DNA of 64,000 bases from an uncultured Verrucomicrobiae bacterium (GCA_963837955.1 CAWIPH010000002.1:672001-736000); one strand, 5' to 3'; shown: positions 48,179 to 58,575, numbered from the stretch's first letter. The notes: generated from the letters alone by a model not told the origin. A program made the numbers and translations.

Positions 48179-50325
48179 GTCTGACTCGGTTGAAGTTGGG
48201 CCGATGCCGCAACAGACGGAGCCGGACCGCCGGGATAGAATTTGGAATCAGTACTGCCCATTTCGCTCAGGAGGGCACATGGGGCGAAGTAATCTTTGCC
48301 GTTTTGGCTGAGATCGCGCAGGCGAGCAACGACCGTTGAAATACCGATGGAGTCAGCGTAGCGGAGCGGACCGCCCCGGAACGGAGCCCAGCCTGTGCCC
48401 ATAATCATTGCGAAATCGACGTCCGCTGGATCAGCTACGACTTTTTCAGCGAGGCAGCGTGCGGCTTCATTGACCATCACGAGCACCAAACGATCACGCA
48501 AAAGGGTAGCATCCGCGGCAGACGGCTCACTTTCCTGCTGATAGGCGTGAAGTTCTGGATTCGGACGCTCCGTGCCCGAGCTGTAGTCATAGAATCCTTT
48601 GCCAGATTTTCGACCGAGCCAACCTTGAGCGATCATCCGCTCGATGGTGTTGTTTAGTGGAGGCAAATTCTGAACACGTTGAGCGAGATCGCTGCCGACA
48701 TGCAACGAAACATCCAAGCCCACCTCATCGGTTAGCCGGAGCGGGCCCATCGGCATACCGAAATCGAGCATGACACGATCGATCGTTTCCAGCCGGTAGC
48801 CCTCTCCGAATAGATTGAAGGCTTCCATCATATAAGGGAGGAGGATGCGATTGACCAAAAAACCGGGGCTATCCTTGACTAAAACCGGTAGCTTCCCGAT
48901 CGATTTCACGAACTGAATGGCGGTGGCCAGCGTCTGTGGAGACGTCTGGGTTCCTTGTACGACTTCCACCAATTGCATCCGGTGCACTGGATTAAAGAAG
49001 TGAATTCCAACCACTTTACCGGGGTCCGAGAGTCCGTTGGCGATGACATCGATCGAGAGCGCGGAAGTATTGGACGCAATGACTTGGCAGTTCGGTACTT
49101 TGTCGGAGATCTCGCGAAAAATTTGCTGTTTTACGTCCAGCTTTTCTACCGCGGCCTCGATCACCAAATCGACATCTCGCAACGGGATATCTTCGTAGAT
49201 CGGCAGAATTCGATCGAGACCAGCCTGCGCTTCTGTTTCTGAAAAGATTCGGCGCTTCACGGTATCGCGATAGATCTTGTGGATTGATCGCAAGCCTTTG
49301 CCCAACGGTTCCGGACCGATGTCTTTTAGCACCACCCGAAGGCCCCGAGCGCTGAGCCATTGAGCAATACCAGAACCCATCAACCCTGCTCCCACCACCA
49401 ATGCCTTGCTGATCTTCCGAATTGGTTGGTCTGTTTTGGCCGAAAGCTTCTTGGATCGCTCCTGCAGGAAAAAGACCCGTATCAGATTTTGGGCGATTTC
49501 GCTGGAGGCCAAGTCGATAAAGGCCCGACGTTCGTTCTCCAAAGATTCGGCGTGGGGCACTATCAAACCGGCCATCACGACCTCCAGCGCTTTCAGTGGA
49601 GCGGGATAATGTCCTCGTGTTTTTGCTAGAACCTTCTTTTTAGCTTGAGCGGCAATGAAGATCGAAATCGGAGGACGATTGGTGAGAGGCGGCCTGAGCT
49701 CGCGCTTTCTTCCCTGCTTAGAGGCGATCTGCCGAGTTGCCAACTCCATTAGACGCTCCGGATAGGCGATTTCGTCGACCATCCCCAATTTCTTGGCTGC
49801 TTTCGCTGCGTACTGTTTGCCTGACAGAATAGCGTCGAGCGCGGCCGTCAATCCGACTAATCGCGGAAGCCGAGTTGATCCGCCCCAGGCAGGAAGAATG
49901 CCGAGCATAGTTTCCGGCAGGCCGACCTTCGTTGCCGAATCCAGCGACGCGATCCGGTAATCACAGGCCAACGCCACTTCGAATCCGCCTCCGACTGCCA
50001 CGCCGTGGATAGCTGCGACTGTCGGAAATGGAAGCGCCGCGATCCGATCAAAGGTCTTTTGACCCAACTCGATAAGGTAGGAGAGTCTCTCTGCAGTGAG
50101 GTCCTTGGTGAACCCGTTTAGATCCGCACCGGCGATAAAGATCTTCGGTTTTGCGGAACGAATGATCAATCCCCGAACGTTTGAATCCCCGGTGAGAACA
50201 TTCAGGTGTTCATTCAGTTCATCGAATGTCGGTTGATCAAAAATATTTGCTGAAGATTCCGGCCGATCAAAAGTTAGCACCGCAATCCCAGATTCGATCG
50301 TCTGGCGCTGGATATTTTGGCTCAC
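48175..50325 (-). CDS. fadJ: fatty acid oxidation complex alpha subunit (enoyl-CoA hydratase / 3-hydroxyacyl-CoA dehydrogenase), FadJ/FadB-like
   Basis: FIAGADL, GGGFEVALAC, GLPE..G.LP..GG, GAGLMGSGI, SNTS, HFFNP, PGFLVNRIL; GTG start after AAGGAAAG. Confidence 0.92.
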   Translation of the reverse strand: MSQNIQRQTIESGIAVLTFDRPESSANIFDQPTFDELNEHLNVLTGDSNVRGLIIRSAKPKIFIAGADLNGFTKDLTAERLSYLIELGQKTFDRIAALPFPTVAAIHGVAVGGGFEVALACDYRIASLDSATKVGLPETMLGILPAWGGSTRLPRLVGLTAALDAILSGKQYAAKAAKKLGMVDEIAYPERLMELATRQIASKQGRKRELRPPLTNRPPISIFIAAQAKKKVLAKTRGHYPAPLKALEVVMAGLIVPHAESLENERRAFIDLASSEIAQNLIRVFFLQERSKKLSAKTDQPIRKISKALVVGAGLMGSGIAQWLSARGLRVVLKDIGPEPLGKGLRSIHKIYRDTVKRRIFSETEAQAGLDRILPIYEDIPLRDVDLVIEAAVEKLDVKQQIFREISDKVPNCQVIASNTSALSIDVIANGLSDPGKVVGIHFFNPVHRMQLVEVVQGTQTSPQTLATAIQFVKSIGKLPVLVKDSPGFLVNRILLPYMMEAFNLFGEGYRLETIDRVMLDFGMPMGPLRLTDEVGLDVSLHVGSDLAQRVQNLPPLNNTIERMIAQGWLGRKSGKGFYDYSSGTERPNPELHAYQQESEPSAADATLLRDRLVLVMVNEAARCLAEKVVADPADVDFAMIMGTGWAPFRGGPLRYADSIGISTVVARLRDLSQNGKDYFAPCALLSEMGSTDSKFYPGGPAPSVAASAQLQPSQT

Positions 50326-50342
50326 GACGTTTCTTCTTTCCT

Positions 50343-51632
50343 TTAGTTTCGACTCAACCAAAGCGCGCCACCTTGTCCGCCGCCGACGCAAAGAGAAACA
50401 AGCGCTTTATCGGCTTGCCGGCGATGAAGTTCCTTCAGTGCGGTAAGAACGAGTCGAGAACCAGTAACGCCAATCGGGTGACCGAGCGCGATCCCGCCAC
50501 CATTCACATTCAAGATCTCATCCGGGATTTCACCTAATATTGCTTCCCGACCCAGATTTTGGCGACAATATTCTGTCGAGGTCGCGGCACGCTGGCAGGC
50601 GATTACCTGTGCCGCAAACGCTTCGTTGATCTCGATAATCGCAGCGTCCTTTACTTTCAACCCAACTCTCCGTTCGGCGCGATCGATCGCAAATACAGGC
50701 CCGAGGCCCATGCGGGACGGATCAACTCCGGCATAGGCGTATCCCAGTAGGCGTCCGAGCGGCGTGAGGCCCGATTCCCGCAGCCCTTTTTCGGTCATCA
50801 GCAGCAAAGCCACAGCACCATCGGTAATCTGGGAAGAGTTACCCGCGGTCACCGTTCCCGTTCTTGGCTCGAAAACCGGTTTCAACTTCGCCAGAGCTTC
50901 CATGCTCTGGTTTTCCCGGGGGCCATTATCCTGATCCATATAAGCCTTGCCGTTCTTCGATTTAGTCAGGTAGACCGGTGTAATTTCCTCCCGGAGCCGA
51001 TCATGCGCTGCCATTGCCCGGTGGTGAGATCGCATGGCAAACGCATCTTGGTCTTCGCGCGTGACGTTGAAGTCTCGGCTTAGATTTTCAGCAGTCTGTC
51101 CCATGTTGAATCCGCTTACGGGATCGGCCAGCCCAAGTTGCAATGCGACGCGAGGCTTGAAATCCGAACCCCGAAAGCTGGTGATCGCCTTCAGTTTTTG
51201 CGGAAAGTTTTTGGCCCGCGCGAGCGCAGAAAATTTCTTAGCGGCCTCGTAGGAGTAGAGCAGAGGTATTTGCGACATGCTTTCTACTCCGCCGACGACG
51301 AACACGTCCCCTCGTCCGGCGAGCGCCTTTTCAGCCGCTTGCGTTACCGCCTCGAAACCGGAAGCGCAATTGCGGTGCACTGTTATGGCGGGCACCGATT
51401 CGGGGATGCCGGCTCGGAGCGCGATCACGCGCGCGATATTCGGTGCCTCGGCCGGTTGGCCGACGCAGCCCAGGATTACCTCTTCAATTTTGCCGGCATC
51501 GATTCCGCTCCTGGCCAGCAACAGGCTCACTGTCATTCTGCCGAGTTCTACCGCGTCGTAATCGGCCAGCGTTGTTCCAGACTTAGCAAACGGAGTGCGG
51601 ACGCCGTCCACGATGTAAATGGGTTCGTTCAT
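50343..51632 (-). CDS. fadI: 3-ketoacyl-CoA thiolase (FadI/FadA-like)
   Basis: RNCASG, GGVESMS, TAGNSSQITDGA, NEAFAAQ, GHPIG, CVGGGQG. Confidence 0.92.
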   Translation of the reverse strand: MNEPIYIVDGVRTPFAKSGTTLADYDAVELGRMTVSLLLARSGIDAGKIEEVILGCVGQPAEAPNIARVIALRAGIPESVPAITVHRNCASGFEAVTQAAEKALAGRGDVFVVGGVESMSQIPLLYSYEAAKKFSALARAKNFPQKLKAITSFRGSDFKPRVALQLGLADPVSGFNMGQTAENLSRDFNVTREDQDAFAMRSHHRAMAAHDRLREEITPVYLTKSKNGKAYMDQDNGPRENQSMEALAKLKPVFEPRTGTVTAGNSSQITDGAVALLLMTEKGLRESGLTPLGRLLGYAYAGVDPSRMGLGPVFAIDRAERRVGLKVKDAAIIEINEAFAAQVIACQRAATSTEYCRQNLGREAILGEIPDEILNVNGGGIALGHPIGVTGSRLVLTALKELHRRQADKALVSLCVGGGQGGALWLSRN

Positions 51633-51728
51633 ACTTCCAAAGCAGGGTCAAATTCGGCGTTACCGATTGTACAGTGAAACCTATCATAAATCTGGTGAAG
51701 CCCAATTGCTCCGAGAAGGGGGCTTGCA

Positions 51729-53594
51729 TTACTGGGTGGAGGAGGAAGCATCGGCTGTCTGCGCTTCGACTGGCCCGACCGAAGTTTTGGCCGGTTCCTC
51801 ACCTGAATAGAGTGCCTCGACTTCTGCAGTATACTTTTGCAGAGTAATTTTCCGCCTGATTTTGAGGGTGGGGGTCAGTTCGCCCGTGGCGATCGTCCAT
51901 TCCTCTGGCAACAGGGCGAATTTCTTGATTTGGCTGTAGCGTCCAAAATGTTGGTTACAGCGTTCAATTTCGGCCGCAAATAGTGCGTTTACCTGAGGAT
52001 CCTTCAGAAGTTCCGCCCGCGGCTGTTGCTGCAATCCTTTCGACTCGAGCCATGATTTCAAGGCCTCGAGTTCCGGCACAATCAGTGCCGACGGGAATTT
52101 CCGATTCTCTCCAATGACCATACATTGTGAGACAAATTTTGACTCTTTCAGCCTGTTTTCGATCTGTTGCGGGGCGATGTACTTGCCGCCAGAAGTCTTG
52201 AAGATTTCTTTTTTCCGGTCCGTGATCTTTAGAAACGGCCCATCAAATTCGCCGACATCACCCGTGTGCAACCATCCATCGCCATCAACTGTTTCTTTGG
52301 TTAAATCTGGCCGATGATAGTAACCGAGCATCACATTGGGGCCGCGGTAAAGGATTTCGCCGTCCTCTGCAATTTTCACTTCGCCGTCAGGAATCACCGG
52401 TCCTACCGTTCCAACGCGATGCAAATCCGTGTGCGGCTGATTGACCGCGATGACTGGTGCCGCCTCAGTTGGCCCGTAGCCTTCGTAAATTGGAAGCCCA
52501 GCTGCCCAGAAAAGCCGCGCCAGTCGCGGTTGCAATGCAGCTGATCCAGACATAATCCCGCGAACGTTCCCGCCAACGCTCTCGCGCCATTTCTTAAATA
52601 CCAGTCGATCGGCAAGCAAAAGTTGGACTCGCTGGTGCCATGGCGCTCTCTGGTCTGGGTCGTACTTCAGACCTAGGTTTAGGGCCCAGAAAAATATGGA
52701 GCGTTGGATTCCGGTAAGTTGCTCGCCGCGAGCGAGAATTCTTTCATAAATCTTTTCGACGATGCGAGGCACCGCGCTAAATATCTGCGGCTGCACCTCC
52801 CGAAGATTTTGACCAATTTGATCGAGATTTTCGGCATAGTAGATCGATGTCCCTGAATAAATGTACATGTTCACTACGGTCCGCTCATAGATGTGGCAAA
52901 GAGGCAAAAAGGAGAGAGCGCGATGATGCGGAGTACTACGCAGGATGCTGGCGGCAGCGATACAATTGCTGACCAGGTTGTGGTGCGATAACATCACGCC
53001 TTTAGGCGACCCTGTCGTTCCCGATGTATAGATCAAAACCGCCAAATCATTAGGCTTCACAGCTGCCCGGGCTTGTCCGAGCCGATTTCGCAGGTCTTCG
53101 CGTTCCAAGACTTCCTCTCCGGCAGAGACCAACTCACTCCAAGACTTGGCGCCCGGGACCGCATCAAACACATAAAGCCCTCTGATCGAAGGCACCTGCT
53201 TGATCACAGGTTTGAGGAATTCGTACAATCGATGGCTCGAGCAAAAAATGAGCGAGGCACCTGAGTCTTTCAGGATATAATCTAATTCTTCCGGCGCGAT
53301 ATTCGGATAAATCGGAAGGTGGACAGCGCCCAGACCTAGGACCGCGGCGTCCACGAAATTCCATTCGGGCCGGTTATTGTCGCTGATAGATGCCACCCGA
53401 TCGCCGGACCGCACTCCGAGTAGGTGGAGACCCCACGCTAGCTTGTCGATTATCTCGATGGACTCGTTCGTGGAAAACTTTTTCCAGGCGTTGTCGACTT
53501 TGTAGGCGAAGGCGTCGGTCTTTGGGAAATTCCTTTGTTGGAATGGTAGAAGATCAAACACCCGCGACGGCGAGAAAGGTTCGGCACAGCTCAT
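51729..53594 (-). CDS. fadD: long-chain fatty acid--CoA ligase
   Basis: YTSGTTGSPKGV, LPLCHIYER, EGYGPTE, TGDVG, DRKKEIFKTSGGKY, ELTPTLK. Confidence 0.93.
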   Translation of the reverse strand: MSCAEPFSPSRVFDLLPFQQRNFPKTDAFAYKVDNAWKKFSTNESIEIIDKLAWGLHLLGVRSGDRVASISDNNRPEWNFVDAAVLGLGAVHLPIYPNIAPEELDYILKDSGASLIFCSSHRLYEFLKPVIKQVPSIRGLYVFDAVPGAKSWSELVSAGEEVLEREDLRNRLGQARAAVKPNDLAVLIYTSGTTGSPKGVMLSHHNLVSNCIAAASILRSTPHHRALSFLPLCHIYERTVVNMYIYSGTSIYYAENLDQIGQNLREVQPQIFSAVPRIVEKIYERILARGEQLTGIQRSIFFWALNLGLKYDPDQRAPWHQRVQLLLADRLVFKKWRESVGGNVRGIMSGSAALQPRLARLFWAAGLPIYEGYGPTEAAPVIAVNQPHTDLHRVGTVGPVIPDGEVKIAEDGEILYRGPNVMLGYYHRPDLTKETVDGDGWLHTGDVGEFDGPFLKITDRKKEIFKTSGGKYIAPQQIENRLKESKFVSQCMVIGENRKFPSALIVPELEALKSWLESKGLQQQPRAELLKDPQVNALFAAEIERCNQHFGRYSQIKKFALLPEEWTIATGELTPTLKIRRKITLQKYTAEVEALYSGEEPAKTSVGPVEAQTADASSSTQ

Positions 53595-53798
53595 GGGGGG
53601 AGTAACTACGGTCGAGGGAAAAACACGAAATAAAAGCTAACGACGTTTTAAGGCTCCCGCTGTAAAAATCAATCCAAACTCGCCATTGGCAAGAGAATTT
53701 CTGCTTAACAGAAAATAACGTTGTAATTTTAAAGCGAGTGCGCTTCTCTGGGGAAGTTGTTGTTCTTTCCCCCCGAATTCTAAAATCTTCTCACTGAA

Positions 53799-55418
53799 AT
53801 GAAGTTGTTACGAAGTCGATTCTTTATCCATTTTTTTGTAACCGCGATAGTTGCTTTTCTAGGATTAACTGCTGACCTGGCCTGTGCCGGATCTTTCGTT
53901 TTGAGTGAACAGAGCGTGAGCGGGTTGGGTAGCGCTTACGCCGGAGGTGCGGCCCAAGCCGAAGATGCTTCGACCATCTTTTTTAACCCCGCCGGAATCG
54001 CTTTATTGCCGAACGGCCAGTTTCAAGCCGGTATTCACTATGTGCTTCCGGGTGCGACATTTTCGAATCAGGGATCGAGCATTAGTGCGCCCGGCACGCT
54101 GTTTAACGGAACGAAGTTGAGCGGTGGGAATGGCGGCGACGCTGGAGTCGGCCACGTGGTTCCGAACCTTTACCTTTCTCAACCGATTTTTCGCAGCTCG
54201 CAGTACGGTGATTTGGCGGTCGGAATCGGGCTGAGTGCTCCTTTCGGTCTGGAAACCGATTATGATCCTGGCTGGGTAGGTCGCTACTCCGCTTTGCGGA
54301 CGAAGCTGATAACGTTGGATATTCAGCCAAGCATTGCCTATCGGGTTTTTGATAGACTCTCCATCGGGGCAAGTCTCGACATCCAGTACGCTTCGGCGAG
54401 ACTTAGCCAAGCGGTCGATTTTGGCGGGATCGGAGCAAATATATTGGGCAGCCAGTTCTTTCCCGCACTACCGGCTGTCTTTGCGGCCTCCGGCGTTCCT
54501 GCACCTTTCATTCCCGGTTTTGTGAAAGCGACGGAACAGGCTTATGCCAACGCTGGTTTTGTTCCGCAAGGACGCGACGGCATCTCTGAGTTAAACGGTG
54601 ACGGCTGGGACCTTGGCTTCACGATCGGGGCAATCTTTGAATACCTAAAAGGGAACGAAATAGCTTGTCTGCAGGAAGGGCGTATCGGGTTCAGCTATCG
54701 ATCCGGCATCAGTCACACGTTGCGGGGGAGCGCGCAGTTCAGTGGAGTGCCGGTGATCGCCGCTTCCGGAGCATTTACGCCTATACCAGGAGTGACGTTA
54801 CCGATCCCCACCTTTCCCGCTGGAAACGCTCTGCGCAGCGTTTTTTTTGATCAAAGCGCCACGGCCCAGTTAGATCTTCCCGAGCTCTACCATTTTAGTA
54901 TCTATCAACGATTCCTGCACAACTTCGCGATCATGGGGGATATCGAACTCTCGCGCTGGAGTCGCTTGCAGCAAATCACCATCTCGTTCGAGAATCCCGG
55001 CACTCCGACCAATATTCTGAATTTGCAATATAAAGACGCCTACCGGTATGCCGTCGGTCTCGAATGGTATACGACAAAGCAACTAACCCTGCGGACAGGC
55101 TTCGCCTACGATGAGACGCCGATCAAAAGCGCCAGCCTGCGGGATCCGCGAATTCCTGATAACAATCGCTATTTTCTTTCCGCCGGACTGCAATACAAAC
55201 CGCTGCCATACCTCGGCTTCGATGTCGCCTACGCGCATCTCTTCCTCCCAGACCCGCAGGTCGAAACCAACGATGGTCAGGGTCATGTCCTTCGAGGAAA
55301 GTATAACTCCCCCGCGATTGATATCCTAAGCGCCTCGGTGACCTTTTTGTGGGGCGGTCCGGGGGAGACAGGAGGTCCCGAGACTCCTGGGAAGCAGCCG
55401 GTAAGCTTTCGGAAATAG
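53799..55418 (+). CDS. fadL: FadL/OmpP1 family outer-membrane long-chain fatty acid transporter
   Basis: Signal peptide, GSF.LSEQS..LG.AYAG, FNPAG, APFGL.T.Y, S.WS, RIPDNNR. Confidence 0.92.
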   Translation: MKLLRSRFFIHFFVTAIVAFLGLTADLACAGSFVLSEQSVSGLGSAYAGGAAQAEDASTIFFNPAGIALLPNGQFQAGIHYVLPGATFSNQGSSISAPGTLFNGTKLSGGNGGDAGVGHVVPNLYLSQPIFRSSQYGDLAVGIGLSAPFGLETDYDPGWVGRYSALRTKLITLDIQPSIAYRVFDRLSIGASLDIQYASARLSQAVDFGGIGANILGSQFFPALPAVFAASGVPAPFIPGFVKATEQAYANAGFVPQGRDGISELNGDGWDLGFTIGAIFEYLKGNEIACLQEGRIGFSYRSGISHTLRGSAQFSGVPVIAASGAFTPIPGVTLPIPTFPAGNALRSVFFDQSATAQLDLPELYHFSIYQRFLHNFAIMGDIELSRWSRLQQITISFENPGTPTNILNLQYKDAYRYAVGLEWYTTKQLTLRTGFAYDETPIKSASLRDPRIPDNNRYFLSAGLQYKPLPYLGFDVAYAHLFLPDPQVETNDGQGHVLRGKYNSPAIDILSASVTFLWGGPGETGGPETPGKQPVSFRK

Positions 55419-55420
55419 GG

Positions 55421-55453
55421 GGTAGAGCGGATGAGCGGGAGCTCGTCCCTACC
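55421..55453. repeat. GTAG-type REP-like hairpin between convergent fadL and pstA
   Basis: GGTAG...GGATGAGC-GGGA-GCTCGTCC-CTACC; the pstA TAG stop lies within the minus-strand GTAG. Confidence 0.55.
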
Positions 55454-56345
55454 GTTTCCCTCCGCGCTTTGAAAAGACCAGTTGGGCCGTGATGTTAGTG
55501 ATCGTCACCAACACGACTAAAACCAGTGAAGCCGTCCAGGCGAGCTTAATCTGGTGTTCGTACGGCAGCGTAGAAAAGTTATAGATCAGTACCGAGAGAG
55601 AGGCTGTTTCGTCGGTGAGCGACTGAAGCCAATAGTTGCTAAATCGAGCAGTGAACAGGACCGGAGCGGTCTCTCCAGCGGCCCGAGCAACCGCCAACAT
55701 GAGTCCGGTCATGATGGCCGGGAGCGCCTCAGGAAGAATAACCCGAAAGATGGTCTGGAACCTGGTGGCGCCCATGCCGTACGAGGCCTCGCGCAAGGAG
55801 TGCGGAACTCCAAGCAGAGCCTGCTCTGTGGTCAGGAGAATGGTCGGAAGGGTCAGAACGGCTAGGGCCACCCCGCCGGCAATGGCCGAGAAATGACCAG
55901 TTGAAAGCACGACCACCGCGAACGCGAAAACGCCGCAAATGATCGAAGGAACTCCGGTCAAGAGTTTAGCAATGAACCGAACGCCGCTCGCGAGGTGCGA
56001 ACGGCGATTGTATTCACAGATATAGATCGCAGACAAAATGCCGAGTGGTGCTGCCAGCAAAAGACCGATTCCCACCATGACGGCCGTTCCTTGAACCGCG
56101 TTCCCAAATCCGCCGCCCTCTAAACCTGCGGCAGGCGGAAGGTCGGTGAATACGCTTGCGGTCAGCAACGGCAGTCCATTGACGATTACCAGGTAGACGA
56201 TCGAGAACAAGGGAACCAGCGTTAAGAACGAACAGGCAGCACAGAGTATGGTCCAAAACGAATTTCGAAAAAGACGGAAGCGATCCCAGCCTGAGGAAGC
56301 TTTGATCGCCAGAGCGGTCGGCAGAGCGTTGGTTGCGGCACTCAT
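55449..56345 (-). CDS. pstA: phosphate ABC transporter permease PstA
   Basis: GGFGNAVQGT, GVPSII.G.F, REASYGMGATR, ARAAGETAP. Confidence 0.96.
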   Translation of the reverse strand: MSAATNALPTALAIKASSGWDRFRLFRNSFWTILCAACSFLTLVPLFSIVYLVIVNGLPLLTASVFTDLPPAAGLEGGGFGNAVQGTAVMVGIGLLLAAPLGILSAIYICEYNRRSHLASGVRFIAKLLTGVPSIICGVFAFAVVVLSTGHFSAIAGGVALAVLTLPTILLTTEQALLGVPHSLREASYGMGATRFQTIFRVILPEALPAIMTGLMLAVARAAGETAPVLFTARFSNYWLQSLTDETASLSVLIYNFSTLPYEHQIKLAWTASLVLVVLVTITNITAQLVFSKRGGKR

Positions 56346-56352
56346 AGCGAGA

Positions 56353-57312
56353 TCAACGGGTTCCCGCTGTAGCTTTTTGGGCCCGGCGTAGCACGAGTTC
56401 CCCGGCAATATTCACAAAAAGAGTCAGAAAGACTAGCGAGAGCGCGGCGTACATCAATGCACTCACTTGCATTCCAGATGCTTCGCCGAATTGGTTGGCT
56501 AGCAACCCGGCCAATGTCCCAGCGGGCGAGAGCAATGACAAGGTGAAGCGAGGGCTATTACCGATAAGCATTGCTACAGCCATTGTTTCACCCATCGCTC
56601 GACCAAACGCCAGGATGGTCGCCGCGACCACGCCGGGGGCGGCGGTCGGCAATAAGACCCTAAAAATCGTTTCCCATCGGGTTGCACCCACCGCGTAGGA
56701 TCCTTCCCGCAAAGTCGTCGGGACCGCGACCAGCGCCGTTCGGGAAATCGCTGTGATAGTGGGAAGCACCATGAGTGCGAGGACCAGGCTGGCAGTGAGC
56801 ATACTGTTTCCGGTCGCGGGCGGCTGAAAGAGAGGGAGAAATCCGAGATACTTTGTCAAAAATCCTCCCCAGGATTGAACAATTGGAATGACCACAGCAA
56901 TACCCCAGAGCCCATATACGACGCTTGGAATGGCCGCCAGCAACTCGACCACAAATCGGACTACTTGCCGAATCGCCATCGGCAAAAAATCTTCGCTCAA
57001 AAAGATGGCGATCGCGACGCCGAGCGGAAGCGCAAAGATCAAAGCAATCCCTGAACTGATGGTCGTGCCCGCAAGGAACGGAAAGGCTCCGTAAATGTTC
57101 CGGCTAGGATTCCAGACCATGTTAACAAAGAAATTCAGTCCAGTTGCGGCCATGGCCGGAAATGCCGCCTGCAAAATACTCAGGACGATCCAGACGAGGG
57201 TGATGACTGTTGCCGCAGACGCCACCCAGGTTAGGACAAAGAACAGATCAAACCGAAACCGCCGCGTTCGTAAGTCGATGCGAGATGACGTTTCACCAGC
57301 GGCTTCAGCCAT
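56353..57312 (-). CDS. pstC: phosphate ABC transporter permease PstC
   Basis: WNP...YG, ELLAAIPSVVYGLWG, GRAMGETMAVAM.IGN. Confidence 0.96.
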   Translation of the reverse strand: MAEAAGETSSRIDLRTRRFRFDLFFVLTWVASAATVITLVWIVLSILQAAFPAMAATGLNFFVNMVWNPSRNIYGAFPFLAGTTISSGIALIFALPLGVAIAIFLSEDFLPMAIRQVVRFVVELLAAIPSVVYGLWGIAVVIPIVQSWGGFLTKYLGFLPLFQPPATGNSMLTASLVLALMVLPTITAISRTALVAVPTTLREGSYAVGATRWETIFRVLLPTAAPGVVAATILAFGRAMGETMAVAMLIGNSPRFTLSLLSPAGTLAGLLANQFGEASGMQVSALMYAALSLVFLTLFVNIAGELVLRRAQKATAGTR

Positions 57313-57339
57313 AAATAATTGGTTCCCTGTGATGGCAGG

Positions 57340-58356
57340 TTATTCCACCGACTTTAGCGCCGCTTGGGATTTGTCGACAATATCTTTTGGCAGAGGAATG
57401 TAACCAAGGTCAGTCGCAAATTTTTGGCCATCGGAAAGGCCGTAGGTGATGAATTTCTGGAGGGCGTCGAGTTGCTCTTTTTTGTCGTATTTCTTGTAGA
57501 GCAGAAGCCAGGTGAACGTCGCGATCGGGTAGGCATCCTTAGCGTCCGGATCGCTCGGCCAAGCCCGCAGAAGGTCAGCTGGAAACTGCGTGGTATTCAA
57601 TGTGGCTGCACCGGATTCAGTAGTGGCTGCGACGAAGGCTCCTGATTTGTTCTCGAGCTGCGCGAAGCTCAATTTATTGTTTTTAGCGTAACCGTATTCG
57701 ACGTATCCGACGGCGCCGGCGGTTCCCTTGATCAATGCAGTAACGCCATCGTTACCTTTCCCGGCAACACCGGTCGGCCAGGTAACCGTCGTGCCTTCTC
57801 CGACTTGACTCTTGAAGTCGGGGCTAATGACGCTGAGGTGTTTCGTGAAGACGAAAGTCGTACCACTCCCGTCGGAGCGCTCACAGGCCGTGATTGCTGT
57901 GTCCGGAAGTTTTACCCCTTCGTTCGCTTTAGCGATTGTCGGATCGTTCCATTTAGTAATTTTGCCCAGGAAGATCCCGACGTACGCCTCGCGAGAAAGC
58001 TTCAGATTTTCGACGCCGGGCAAATTGTAAGCCAAAACGATGCTACCCGCCGTAGCTGGGATCAGTACGACTCCTTGCTTTACCTTTGCGATCTGCTCGT
58101 CGGTCATCGCCGCGTCGCTGCCCGCGAAATCAACAATCCCTTGGGTAAAGTTGTTGATACCAGTACCGCTACCCACTCCTTGGTAGTTGATCTGGATGTT
58201 CGGGTTTGCCTTGGTGAACTCAGCAATCCAGCGCTGATATAATGGAGCAGGAAAGGTTGCGCCCGCACCGTTCAACTTCGTTTGCGCCGGGGCCGAATAC
58301 ACTGCGGCGGAAGCGGCAACGAGAGATAGGGCGACTCTGAATGAGTTGATTTTCAT
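57340..58356 (-). CDS. pstS: phosphate ABC transporter substrate-binding protein PstS
   Basis: GAGATFPAPLY, GSGTGI, DFAGSD, RSDGSGTT, GKGNDGV, GYVEY, YPI. Confidence 0.97.
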   Translation of the reverse strand: MKINSFRVALSLVAASAAVYSAPAQTKLNGAGATFPAPLYQRWIAEFTKANPNIQINYQGVGSGTGINNFTQGIVDFAGSDAAMTDEQIAKVKQGVVLIPATAGSIVLAYNLPGVENLKLSREAYVGIFLGKITKWNDPTIAKANEGVKLPDTAITACERSDGSGTTFVFTKHLSVISPDFKSQVGEGTTVTWPTGVAGKGNDGVTALIKGTAGAVGYVEYGYAKNNKLSFAQLENKSGAFVAATTESGAATLNTTQFPADLLRAWPSDPDAKDAYPIATFTWLLLYKKYDKKEQLDALQKFITYGLSDGQKFATDLGYIPLPKDIVDKSQAALKSVE

Positions 58357-58412
58357 AAGGAATAGGAGACATCATTCACTTCCCGAAGATTCGAGCTGGG
58401 AGCAAATTTCCG

Positions 58413-58433
58413 ATTGTTACAATCCTGTAACAG
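58413..58433 (-). promoter_or_regulatory. Pho box upstream of pstS
   Basis: Minus strand CTGTTAC-AGGA-TTGTAAC: 7-bp repeats with 11-bp period resembling CTGTCAT-N4-CTGTCAY, 57 bp upstream of the pstS ATG. Confidence 0.7.
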
Positions 58434-58575
58434 TTTGGTGTGGGTGGAACAGGGACTTCATTTCCGAATCAGAGGGTTTAGCAGTCATCAACGCATCTGT
58501 TCCCGGTCGAGGACCGAACTAACCATTGTAGTCTTAAACGGTGAAACCGTGATACTCTGTGGGGAACTTAGTCGT

